Positions 19,503 through 28,929 of a stretch of DNA of 64,000 nt are shown here, in pieces. This stretch comes from Candidatus Woesearchaeota archaeon. GTDB taxonomy: Archaea; Nanobdellota; Nanobdellia; Woesearchaeales; GW2011-AR9. The stretch is taken from assembly GCA_018696595.1 (NCBI GenBank), contig JABHQW010000008.1:64001-128000 (forward strand). The letters are read 5' to 3'. The stretch's first letter is position 1, and every line of letters starts with the position of its first letter. The position numbers were made by a program, and so were the translations under genes. A model generated the notes under the pieces. That model saw only the letters and a program-made list of their open reading frames with translations. It did not search any database and had not been told where the DNA came from.

Positions 19503-21032
19503 TTATGTTTGTTTTATCCCCACAAAACCTATTCTTTCACCATACATCGCTTTTGCCCGAATTGGATCTCTTTTAAGTAACAAATGATTAAGATCAAAGT
19601 TTTGTTTTTCTACCCAACATTCAAACTCTCCTGCACTTTTAAAACCGTCAACAGTTATATGGGAGTTTCTGAAAGTACCACTTTTTTTTACTTCTCCATC
19701 CCACCATAAATTTTCTTTTGTAACTTGTCGATAAAGCTCTGTTCCAGGAAGGGGATTCACAATGGCAACAGAATAACTATCTGCCCCACAACTAGCAGCA
19801 AACTTAATTGTTTCTTCCCTTTCTTCTCTTGTTTCGCCTGGAAAACCAACCATCCAAAAAGTATGAGTATACAACCCGGCATCAATAGCAGTTCTAATTG
19901 TTTGAGGAATAAGTTCTAAATCCAACCTTTTATTGGCCTGATCTAAAGTTTTTTGCACACCACTTTCACATGCTAAAGTGACTTGATAGCAACCCGAATC
20001 TGCCATTTTTTCAAATAATTCCTGATGCTTACCCTGGTGATAATCTACTCTGATTCCATTCGGCGGGCACCAAGGAATATTCAAGGGTTTCATTAGATCA
20101 CATAATTCATTTAATTTTGAAAGGTCAGATGTTAGAGTATCGTCTTCAAACTGAACTTCTTGAATACCATGATTTTCAATAGCGTCTTTTATTTCTGCAA
20201 CAATTTCTTGAGGGCTTCTCCACCTAACTTTTCTTCCCCAAGTAACGGGAGTAGTACAATAAGTACAACGTTCCGGACATCCCCTAGAAGCCATAACATT
20301 CAATACCCTTTTTCTTTCAGTATCTGCATTATGAAATAAACCAACATTAAAGTACCCTTCCATATTCATAAGATGCCTAGCGGGAGAAGGTAAATCTTGG
20401 AGATTAAGTGTTTCTCCAGATAAAGGATTAATTACTATTTTACCTGCTTCGGATGAAGAATTTTCTCTATGAACTAAACCGGGAATCAAACTATAATCAC
20501 CACCAGTTAATAAACAATCAATTAAATGTGCAAATCTCAGTTCACTTTCTCCAACCATTGCAAAATCAATATTTTGATTATCCATGAAAGCCAATTCTTT
20601 TTCTAGATTTGATTCTTGGTTTCTAGGATCATTGGCATAAAGATAATCTGACACACTATTAGTGATATAGTTTCCACCTACAATAACTGGGAGATCTCTT
20701 TTAACCTCTTTTGTAATCCGAGCTAAGGCATGAGAGCCTTGAACAAGATTAGAAAAGAGTACAGAAATCCCAACAATGTCTGGATTAATTTCTGAGATAT
20801 ATTTAGCAATATCAGTATCTGATTCTCCCACAATAACTATTCCCTTCTCCCCGGAGGATTCAGAATGGTGATAGCCTTCTAATGCAGTATCACGAACATA
20901 AACGTCGTGGCCTTCTTTTTCAAGAACTGCCGCCAAATAACCCAAACCCAAAGGAGGTTGTATTCGGTTAACCCCTCCTTCAATGCCCCTGATATTTGGA
21001 GAGAATAACAAAATCCTACTTTTATTTACCAT
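19503..21032 (-). CDS. B12-binding-domain radical SAM protein
   Basis: N-terminal PPLGLGYLAA...VGIS...VGG B12-binding domain, SRGCPERCTYC (CxxxCxxC), FEDD and ESG motifs. Confidence 0.85.
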   Translation of the reverse strand: MVNKSRILLFSPNIRGIEGGVNRIQPPLGLGYLAAVLEKEGHDVYVRDTALEGYHHSESSGEKGIVIVGESDTDIAKYISEINPDIVGISVLFSNLVQGSHALARITKEVKRDLPVIVGGNYITNSVSDYLYANDPRNQESNLEKELAFMDNQNIDFAMVGESELRFAHLIDCLLTGGDYSLIPGLVHRENSSSEAGKIVINPLSGETLNLQDLPSPARHLMNMEGYFNVGLFHNADTERKRVLNVMASRGCPERCTYCTTPVTWGRKVRWRSPQEIVAEIKDAIENHGIQEVQFEDDTLTSDLSKLNELCDLMKPLNIPWCPPNGIRVDYHQGKHQELFEKMADSGCYQVTLACESGVQKTLDQANKRLDLELIPQTIRTAIDAGLYTHTFWMVGFPGETREEREETIKFAASCGADSYSVAIVNPLPGTELYRQVTKENLWWDGEVKKSGTFRNSHITVDGFKSAGEFECWVEKQNFDLNHLLLKRDPIRAKAMYGERIGFVGIKQT

Positions 21033-21197
21033 AAGTAATCTTCCTCTAAATCAATATCTAATAATTGTATTTTTTCGCATCAAGGGTCTTTTATAAAAGT
21101 TATGAATATGTAATGCAGTCAAAATCCTTTTATAAAGAACCCTAATGAATTAAATGTGGCCAAATCCACATTAGAATTATAAAAATGAATCGAAGAA

Positions 21198-21213
21198 CCA
21201 TAGAATATATAAA
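21198..21213 (+). promoter_or_regulatory. BRE/TATA promoter of the four-domain phosphonate gene; identical 16-mer to 16010-16025
   Basis: CCATAGAATATATAAA ending about 25 nt before ATG 21238. Confidence 0.55.
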
Positions 21214-21237
21214 TACTTTAATTTATTTAGTTGTTAA

Positions 21238-24200
21238 ATGTCATTAGCAAAACAGAGGGAATATTTTGGAATTGGAAAAATAGATAAGTTAAAAGAAATA
21301 TTAGCATTAGAACGAGCAAAAAAAGTATTTTTAGTAACCACAAAAAGATCATTCTCATCTTCTAGTGCTAAAGAAAGAATTGCCCCCCAATTAAAAGATT
21401 ACCAGGTCACTATTTTTAACGAATTCTCCCAAAACCCAAAACTAGAAGATATTAAAAGAGGAATAAAGATATTTAAAGAAAGTAATTCCGATTTAATTAT
21501 TGCTATTGGTGGAGGGAGTGTAATTGATATGGCAAAATCAATTAATGTCTTATCTGCCCAAACTTTAGCACCTGAAATATACATCATTGAAAAAGTTCCG
21601 TTTGAAAAGAAAGGTTGCCCATTAGTTGCAATACCAACCACATCAGGAACAGGAAGTGAAGCGACACATTTCGCGGTTTTGTATATTAACAAATCCAAAT
21701 ATTCGTTAGCTCACGAAGAATATATTCTTCCAAATTATGCCATTATCGATCCCGAATTGACATTTAGTTTACCTAAAGCCATTACTGCTACAACTGGTAT
21801 TGATGTTTTAAGCCAAAGCATAGAATCATATTGGTCGGTAAACTCAACTGAAGAAGCAAAGGCTTACGCCCAAGAAGCAATAAAGTTAGTTTTAAAAGAT
21901 CTAAAAACTGCGGTTAATTACCCTTGCAAAGAAGCCAGAGTAGCAATGGCCAAAGCGGCCAATTTATCTGGAAAAGCAATTAACATTGCAAAATCCACGG
22001 CCCCACACGCGATATCATACCCTTTTACTTCATACTTTAATATTCCTCACGGCCATGCAACAGGATTAACCCTTGGCCCAATACTAGTTTTTAATGCCAA
22101 TATTAATGAAACTAATTGTACAGACCCAAGAGGGGCAGAATATGTTAGATTAACTATTAATAAAATAATTTCTTTTTTTGGGTCTACTTGTGCCGCTGAT
22201 ACTTGTAAAAAAATTCAATATTTAATGCGAGATATTGGACTTGAAACAAACATTAAAAGATTAGGGATTGATTCTGAAGAAAAAGTAAATTTAATAATTG
22301 AAAAAGGGTTCAACCCCGATCGAATTAAAAATAACCCCAAAAGAATAGAGCCAGAACAGTTAAGAAAAATTTTAAATGAAATTAGCCAAGAAACAGAAAT
22401 TAAACCAGAAAAAATGGAAACAGTTTATATTGGCATGGTTGCTGATAGCATCCACCACGGCCACATAAATATTATCAGTGAAGCAAGAAAATTGGGAGAT
22501 GTAATTGTGGGATTAGTTACTGATGATGCGGCCCAAAGCTATAAAAGAAGACCAATCTTAAGCTTTAGTGATAGAGCAAGAATTATTAAAAATATCAAAG
22601 GAGTAACAAAAATTGTTCCCCAAAACACATTGGATTATGTCCCAAATATAGAGAAATATAAACCATCAATAATCATGCATGGGGATGATTGGAAAAAAGG
22701 ATCCCAAAGAATTATTAGAGAAAGAGCATTAAATGCAGTTGAAAAGTATGGGGGGAGAATTATAGACCTCCCTTATACTAAAGGCATTTCAACTACAGAA
22801 TTTATAGAAAAAGTTAAATCTTGTTCATTAAATAAAAAAAACACAACCCAAGCAATAATTCTGGCAGCAGGGATGGGTACAAGATTAAGACCACTTACTG
22901 AAGAGACACCAAAATGTTTAATTAAAGTGAACAATAAAACACTATTAGAATATTCACTTGATTGTCTTAAAGAAAATGGAATCCAAGAGGTAATTATTGT
23001 TATTGGTTATCGCGGAGAATTAATTAAACAAAAAATAGGTAATGATTATCACGGCTTAAAAGTAGCATACATTGAAAATTTACGTTTTTCCGAGACTGGA
23101 AGTATGTATTCTTTGTCACTTGCTAAAAAAGAGATTAAAAATGACATCCTGGTTTTAGAATCTGATCTGTTATATGAATCGTCTGCTATTAATACAATAT
23201 TAAATTCAAATCATAGAAATACTATGGTCATCTCTAAATTACTTCATTCTGGAGATGATGTTTACATTTGTACAAATGAAAAAGAAGAAATTATTAATCT
23301 TGGGAAAGAAATATCAGAAGAAGAGAAAAAAAGAGCTAAAGGAGCAATGATCGGAATTTCAAAATATTCTGGTGAATTTCTTGCAGAACTTTTTAAGAAA
23401 GCAGAAGAAGATTATGAAAAGGGGGAAGTCAATTACCATTATGAAGAGTGTGTATTTGCCACCAGTCATGAGAATAACCCGGTTAAAGCTATCTTTTGTC
23501 CTGAACTTCATTGGATTGAAATTGACAATGAAAATGATTTAAAGAAAGCAACAGAAGTAACATACCCCAAGATCAGAAATTTAGAGAATAATAAGCAAAA
23601 AAGTTCAAGTATAAAAAGAAATATCCTTTTAAATCCTGGACCAGCTACTACTACTGACACCGTAAAATATGCACAAATTGTTCCCGACATTTGTCCAAGA
23701 GAAAAAGAATTTGGGGATGTAATGAAATACATTAATAATAATTTAATTGAAATTGCTGGGGGAAATACGGAGGAAGATGTCTGCGTATTATTTGGTGGCT
23801 CTGGAACGGCGGCCATGGATGCTACAATTAATTCTGTTGTACCACCTGATAAAAAAATCTTAGTGATTAATAATGGAGCATATGGGGAAAGAATTGCTAA
23901 GATTGCTCGAGCGTATAGTCTTGGTTGTATTGAACTAAAGTTTGAATGGGATGCTCTACCAGATCTAAAAATAATTGAGGACCAACTAAACGAAAACCCT
24001 GAAATTTCTTGCGTTGCTATGATTCATCATGAAACAACAACGGGACTATTAAATCAGGTTAAAGAAATTGGAGAATTAGTTAAAAATCACAATAAAGTGT
24101 TCATAGTTGACACAATATCTAGTTTCGCAGGGATCCCAATGAATATTAAAGAATTTAATATTGATTTTATGATGTCTACTTCAAACAAGTGTATTCAAGG

Positions 24201-24732
24201 AATGGCAGGGGTTAGTTTTGTTATTTGTAGTAAGAAACAACTTGAAAGAATTAAAGAATACCCACGCCGATCTTTTTATTTAAGCTTATATGACCAATAC
24301 GAATATTTCATTAAAAATTACCAGATGAGGTTTACCCCCCCAGTACAAACATTATATGCTCTTAAAAAAGCAATTGCAGAATTTTTAGAGGAAGGATATG
24401 AAAACCGAGTTGCAAGATATACTCAGAGTTGGAAAGTTCTAAGAGCAGGAGTTCAAGAATTAGGATTTAAGATATTAACTCAACCTGAAAATGAGTCCAA
24501 CCTTTTAATTACTTTACTTAATCCAGAACACCCTAATTTTAATTTTAATATTCTTCATGACAAATTATTTGAAAAAGGATTTACTATTTATCCTGGAAAA
24601 GTGGGAAAAGTTAATTCATTTCGGTTATCTAATATGGGTGCCATTGATGAAAAGGATATTAGCGAATTCTTAGTAACATTTGAAGGTGTATTAAATGAAA
24701 TGGGAACAATTGGACAGCAAAAACCAACATAA
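21238..24732 (+). CDS. Four-domain phosphonate enzyme: Fe-dependent alcohol dehydrogenase (phosphonoacetaldehyde reductase-like) + HxGH cytidylyltransferase + LicC/PntC-like nucleotidyltransferase + 2-aminoethylphosphonate transaminase
   Basis: aa 1-385: GGGSVID, PTTSGTGSE, HAISY..PHG. aa ~393-530: DSIHHGH, HGDDW, PYTKGIST. aa ~535-780: ILAAGMGTRL...PKCL...ESDLLY...EID. aa ~795-1160: LLNPGP, HHETTTG, STSNKCIQG (PLP lysine), RFTPP. Confidence 0.9.
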   Translation: MSLAKQREYFGIGKIDKLKEILALERAKKVFLVTTKRSFSSSSAKERIAPQLKDYQVTIFNEFSQNPKLEDIKRGIKIFKESNSDLIIAIGGGSVIDMAKSINVLSAQTLAPEIYIIEKVPFEKKGCPLVAIPTTSGTGSEATHFAVLYINKSKYSLAHEEYILPNYAIIDPELTFSLPKAITATTGIDVLSQSIESYWSVNSTEEAKAYAQEAIKLVLKDLKTAVNYPCKEARVAMAKAANLSGKAINIAKSTAPHAISYPFTSYFNIPHGHATGLTLGPILVFNANINETNCTDPRGAEYVRLTINKIISFFGSTCAADTCKKIQYLMRDIGLETNIKRLGIDSEEKVNLIIEKGFNPDRIKNNPKRIEPEQLRKILNEISQETEIKPEKMETVYIGMVADSIHHGHINIISEARKLGDVIVGLVTDDAAQSYKRRPILSFSDRARIIKNIKGVTKIVPQNTLDYVPNIEKYKPSIIMHGDDWKKGSQRIIRERALNAVEKYGGRIIDLPYTKGISTTEFIEKVKSCSLNKKNTTQAIILAAGMGTRLRPLTEETPKCLIKVNNKTLLEYSLDCLKENGIQEVIIVIGYRGELIKQKIGNDYHGLKVAYIENLRFSETGSMYSLSLAKKEIKNDILVLESDLLYESSAINTILNSNHRNTMVISKLLHSGDDVYICTNEKEEIINLGKEISEEEKKRAKGAMIGISKYSGEFLAELFKKAEEDYEKGEVNYHYEECVFATSHENNPVKAIFCPELHWIEIDNENDLKKATEVTYPKIRNLENNKQKSSSIKRNILLNPGPATTTDTVKYAQIVPDICPREKEFGDVMKYINNNLIEIAGGNTEEDVCVLFGGSGTAAMDATINSVVPPDKKILVINNGAYGERIAKIARAYSLGCIELKFEWDALPDLKIIEDQLNENPEISCVAMIHHETTTGLLNQVKEIGELVKNHNKVFIVDTISSFAGIPMNIKEFNIDFMMSTSNKCIQGMAGVSFVICSKKQLERIKEYPRRSFYLSLYDQYEYFIKNYQMRFTPPVQTLYALKKAIAEFLEEGYENRVARYTQSWKVLRAGVQELGFKILTQPENESNLLITLLNPEHPNFNFNILHDKLFEKGFTIYPGKVGKVNSFRLSNMGAIDEKDISEFLVTFEGVLNEMGTIGQQKPT

Positions 24733-24756
24733 TCAGAACTTAAAAAATTTATAAAA

Positions 24757-25503
24757 ATGATTACTAGAAATCAACAGAAAGAAAAATATGAAACTGATTT
24801 AAGATACCATTCAGATTCGGACAACTTAAATCAAACGTTTGATAACCGCTATTCATTACGTAATAATTGGGGATTATATTTTGAATTAATAAAATTTAAA
24901 GAGATGGTTAAGCTCTTAAATAAAAGTAAAGTTAGGTTAAAGAATAAAAAAATCTTAGATTTAGGTTGTCACCGTGGCTTTACTTCTAACCTTTTAGCAC
25001 AATTAAAAGGATCTTCTGAAAACATTTATGGGGCAGATTTTATCAATTCTTTTGTTGAGCAAGCCCAAGAAATTAATCCTGGTGTTAAATTCTTTCAACA
25101 TGATGTTTATAATGAGCTACCTTTTGAGAACTCTTATTTTGATTTAGTTACATTAATTTACTTGTTTAATGCCCTTCCCTCCCAAGACCAACAAGAAGTT
25201 GTTAAGAATATTTCCAAAAAAATAAAAGTAGGAGGTCATATCTTATTCTTTGACTTGTTTGAATCCAGAATGTCACGAGTAACACAAAGATTAGCTCACC
25301 TTAACAAGAGATATACTCCTTTGCCACATTTTAATGATAAAATTATTAAAAAATTGTTCCCGGACTTTAAGATAATCCAATCTAAAAAAATAATTAATTT
25401 GTTAACTTATCGAACAATTGGGTTTTCGTATGGTTTAGCAGAATTTTTAGATAAAATGTTACCATGCGAGTATTATATCACATTATTAAGAAAAATAAAA
25501 TAA
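24757..25503 (+). CDS. Class I SAM-dependent methyltransferase
   Basis: ILDLGCHRG motif I, YGAD, LPFENSYFD and GGHILFFD. Confidence 0.8.
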   Translation: MITRNQQKEKYETDLRYHSDSDNLNQTFDNRYSLRNNWGLYFELIKFKEMVKLLNKSKVRLKNKKILDLGCHRGFTSNLLAQLKGSSENIYGADFINSFVEQAQEINPGVKFFQHDVYNELPFENSYFDLVTLIYLFNALPSQDQQEVVKNISKKIKVGGHILFFDLFESRMSRVTQRLAHLNKRYTPLPHFNDKIIKKLFPDFKIIQSKKIINLLTYRTIGFSYGLAEFLDKMLPCEYYITLLRKIK

Positions 25504-25504
25504 A

Positions 25505-26155
25505 ATGGGCGAAAAAAGAATAAAAGAAAATGTGGAATTTTGGGATTGGGTATTCAGATTTGTATCTAAACCAGTCACACACTTTTTTGTTAAGTTCACT
25601 AAGATAACCCCTAACCAAATCACCATATTAAGTTTTATTTTAGGCTTATTAGCCGCGGGACTAATTTTAATGGGAGATTATAATTACTTAGTTGTTGCAG
25701 GCGTCTTAGTATTAATTTTCATGGTCTTAGATAATGTTGACGGGGAGATTGCTAGAATAACTAAGAAAACAAGTAAGTTAGGCCATTGGTTAGATGGAGT
25801 TGTGGGTTTTATTATAAATGAAGCATTAATTTTAGCCATGGCATTAAGTATTGGTAGCCCATTATCTCTATCCGTTGGATTATTAACAATGATTGCTTTT
25901 CCAATGCAATATTTATTAATATTCTTTTACAAAGCAGAGATTGTTAAAGAGAATGCCCCAATTACAATTGGATCTGGAAGCCTAATCAATAAAATAAAGT
26001 ATTTATATGGTTCAACCTTCTTTCAATTTACAGTTGCGATAGGTTGCTTTTTCAATAAGCTACTATGGGTTTTAATCTTCTTTGCAGTCATCGGAAACTT
26101 ATTCTGGATGGGGACATTGTTTGTCCAATATATCAACTTAAAACGAAAGTTTTAA
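25505..26155 (+). CDS. CDP-alcohol phosphotransferase family membrane protein (fourth Asp replaced by Gly)
   Basis: ITPNQIT and LDNVDGEIAR-x8-GHWLDGVVG. Confidence 0.8.
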   Translation: MGEKRIKENVEFWDWVFRFVSKPVTHFFVKFTKITPNQITILSFILGLLAAGLILMGDYNYLVVAGVLVLIFMVLDNVDGEIARITKKTSKLGHWLDGVVGFIINEALILAMALSIGSPLSLSVGLLTMIAFPMQYLLIFFYKAEIVKENAPITIGSGSLINKIKYLYGSTFFQFTVAIGCFFNKLLWVLIFFAVIGNLFWMGTLFVQYINLKRKF

Positions 26156-26180
26156 AGAAGGCGGTTGTTCTGACTATAGA

Positions 26181-27170
26181 ATGGTAAACAATTTGTTGAG
26201 TCATTATAAAGTCTCCCCAAAATTAGAAGTGAAATTAACAGCAAGTTTTCCTTTATCTCGGAGTACAGGAATTCAACAAGCTTATAATTCTCAAGAACCA
26301 GATTGGGACTTATTATTTACGCATTGGGGTAAAGAGATTATATATATTAATCCTAATATCCCCCAATTACAGTGGAGAGAGATATGCTTAGCAACCCATT
26401 GGAATCAATTTGAAGAAGCAGTTAAAAAAAATGATAAATTAGTACTAGATGGGAGAAAAATCGATGGTTTTTCAATTCAAGCTCAACGTAAAGGGGCTTT
26501 AAAAGATTTAAGTTTTTTATCTACTGCAAATTATTGTTTTACTCTTACCGATGATGACCAACATATTTTAATGGGAGTTAGGGGAGGAAGTGATAATGTA
26601 GGACAAGCAGTAACAATGCCATTGGGGGTTGTTTCTTATCCTTCAGAACCTGACCCTAATAATTTAGATCCAATTACGGCTTCAGTTTACTCCGAAGCAA
26701 ATGAAGAAGGGGGCATTTTACCAAATGAATATTCTTCATTAAATTGTATTGGAACCTTGCGACAAGAGCAATGTTCTACACCAGTAAATAATCTTATTTG
26801 GATTGGAAGATTAAAGATTACAGGTGAAGAAATTATAGAGAGACACAAAGTAGCCATTGAATTATATAATAAATTTGGAAATGATTCTGAGAACATATTA
26901 AAGGCACGAATGGAGTTGAGAAAAAGATTTTTATTTAATCCAAGATTTCCAAAAGATGCTTGGGAAAATTCAAGATTAAATTTATTTTCTAATGATCCCG
27001 AGAAAATGGTTGCAGATCTCAGTTATTTAATTGACCAAGGAAAAGAAATTAAACATGGATTATATGGTGCTTTAGCCTTATATATTTTAAACCAACATGG
27101 AGATAAATATTATAGTCAATTAATGAATATACCACAATTTAAAGAAAAGATTCATGATCAAAAATTATAG
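26181..27170 (+). CDS. Hypothetical protein with a possible degenerate NUDIX-like motif
   Basis: Long open frame in an apparent operon. HILMGVRGG...MPLGVV...VYSEANEEGGI resembles a NUDIX box. Confidence 0.4.
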   Translation: MVNNLLSHYKVSPKLEVKLTASFPLSRSTGIQQAYNSQEPDWDLLFTHWGKEIIYINPNIPQLQWREICLATHWNQFEEAVKKNDKLVLDGRKIDGFSIQAQRKGALKDLSFLSTANYCFTLTDDDQHILMGVRGGSDNVGQAVTMPLGVVSYPSEPDPNNLDPITASVYSEANEEGGILPNEYSSLNCIGTLRQEQCSTPVNNLIWIGRLKITGEEIIERHKVAIELYNKFGNDSENILKARMELRKRFLFNPRFPKDAWENSRLNLFSNDPEKMVADLSYLIDQGKEIKHGLYGALALYILNQHGDKYYSQLMNIPQFKEKIHDQKL

Positions 27171-27257
27171 GAACAATAAAAGAAATAATCCATATCAAAA
27201 AGTGAATATATCAATGTAGCATAATATTTATATAATCAATTTTTGTTTTCTCTTTAA

Positions 27258-27962
27258 ATGAAAGCATTAATTACTGCGGCCGGAATGGGTACGAGACTGG
27301 GTAATATTACTAAAGACACAAACAAGTGTATCTTAAATGTCGGAAACAAACCATTACTTCTCCATTCAGTCGAGATTCTCAAGAATGTAGGAATTGATGA
27401 CATATATGTAATTATTGGCCATCACGGAGAGAAAATTAAACAACTTCTTGGAGATAAAGTTAATTATATCTATAATCCTGATTATGCCACTACTAGTATT
27501 CTAGGTTCTATTGTTCTTGCTAAAGAACATTTATTCCAGTCAGAATTTGTTTTTCTAACCGGAGATTCTTTGCTCCATCCCGAACTCATCAAGGGCTTAT
27601 TAGAACCAAGTCAAGATGTTCTTGTTTCTATTGAGCTTAAAAAATGTAATGAAGAAGATATGAAAGTTGTTTTAGAGAACCATAATATTAAAGAAATAAG
27701 TAAAACAATATCTTTGGATCAGGCCCAGGGAGAATATACTAGCCTTACTAGATTCCCAAAAGAGTCTTCCACTGTTTTTTTTAATGAAGTTGAAAAAGCA
27801 ATAAACAATCAGAATTGTAAAACTTATGTTGCTGACATCCTTTTAAATTTACAAAATTTAGGGTTTAATCTTAAACCAATATATACCAATAAACCAAGAA
27901 TTGAAATTGATTTCTTAGAAGACTTAGAAAAAGCCCAAGCATTGTACAAACAATATTTTTGA
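27258..27962 (+). CDS. LicC/PntC-like phospho(no)-headgroup cytidylyltransferase (NTP transferase)
   Basis: LITAAGMGTRL, NKCIL, YNPDY, TGDS, DMKV and EIDFLEDL motifs. Confidence 0.8.
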   Translation: MKALITAAGMGTRLGNITKDTNKCILNVGNKPLLLHSVEILKNVGIDDIYVIIGHHGEKIKQLLGDKVNYIYNPDYATTSILGSIVLAKEHLFQSEFVFLTGDSLLHPELIKGLLEPSQDVLVSIELKKCNEEDMKVVLENHNIKEISKTISLDQAQGEYTSLTRFPKESSTVFFNEVEKAINNQNCKTYVADILLNLQNLGFNLKPIYTNKPRIEIDFLEDLEKAQALYKQYF

Positions 27963-28032
27963 TTTCTAGTATGAAAATTATAAGAATATAGAAAAGATAA
28001 AAAGAAAATTAAAAAAGAAATTAATAAAAAAA

Positions 28033-28761
28033 TTAAAATTTCTTTTCTTCAACACCTAACCGATCACAAATTTGACTAATACTAATTACTTTCAAATCAT
28101 ATTGATCTGCTAAGCCCCTAAGTTGTGCAGGGGAAGCCATTTTGTAAGGGTCATCAGGATGTAATATTTCCATATCAACTACCACTGGAGGATTGATTCC
28201 AGCTAACTTCATCAATTCAATTCCCGATTCTGTATGACCTTGTCTAGCATAAAGTCCCTGAGGATTACCTGCAATTGGAACAAGATGTCCTGGTCTAACC
28301 AAGTCTTCTGGGGTTGATGCTCTTTCTTCTAATTCTCCGGAAACTAATCGTGAATAATCAAAAGGCCTACCGTTCTCTCCAGTTTGATAAGGAACAAATC
28401 GACCGCCAAGAATATTCGCAGTTTGTGCTCTTTCTGCAGCAGAACAACCAGAATGACCATACAATGTATCGGTAGTTAAACGAAAATTAGTTTGACTACT
28501 TTCTTGGTTATCACTTGCATCTACTTGACCAGGCAACCCAAACTGAGTTGCATAATCTTCAGGCATAAAAATAGCAATAAATGCCCCTTTAGCATTATCT
28601 AAAACAAATTTCATTGTTGTGGGTGTTATTTTAGCAGCAGAAACAAGAAAATCTCCTTCTCCTTCCCTACCTGGATTATCCATTAAAATAATTGGTTTGC
28701 CTTGTTGGATATCAATTAAAGCATCATCCAAACTATCTAATTTTACGCCATAATTATTCAT
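28033..28761 (-). CDS. ribB: 3,4-dihydroxy-2-butanone-4-phosphate synthase (RibB)-like protein, divergent
   Basis: D...REGEGDF, SGCSAAER, RPGHLVP and RQGHTE motifs. ATG 28761 has a GAGGT ribosome-binding site. Confidence 0.75.
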   Translation of the reverse strand: MNNYGVKLDSLDDALIDIQQGKPIILMDNPGREGEGDFLVSAAKITPTTMKFVLDNAKGAFIAIFMPEDYATQFGLPGQVDASDNQESSQTNFRLTTDTLYGHSGCSAAERAQTANILGGRFVPYQTGENGRPFDYSRLVSGELEERASTPEDLVRPGHLVPIAGNPQGLYARQGHTESGIELMKLAGINPPVVVDMEILHPDDPYKMASPAQLRGLADQYDLKVISISQICDRLGVEEKKF

Positions 28762-28929
28762 TTTATTTACCTCTTCACATTTTTTAAAAATGTTAAATTT
28801 ATAAAGTAATCTCAAATTCTGATATATAAGTTTTATGCACTACAAATCAGACTACGAAAACCTAAATGATTTAAAACCCACATTCCAAAATAGAGATTAA
28901 TTTAACAGAAAGACAAGAGATCCAAAAAA

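Noticed and set aside
14227-24732. Fosfomycin or other antibiotic cluster
   Set aside because: No Fom4-type epoxidase, FomA/FomB resistance kinases or exporter is visible, and the context is glycosyltransferases, LicD and a flippase.
23610-24732. PhnW as AEP catabolism
   Set aside because: No PhnX, PhnY/PhnA or phosphonate transporter is present, and fusion to cytidylyltransferases near pepM and ppd indicates the biosynthetic direction.
19503-28761. Impression of higher GC in the radical SAM, NUDIX-like and ribB genes (separate acquisition)
   Set aside because: I cannot quantify this by eye; it needs sliding-window GC and codon-usage computation.
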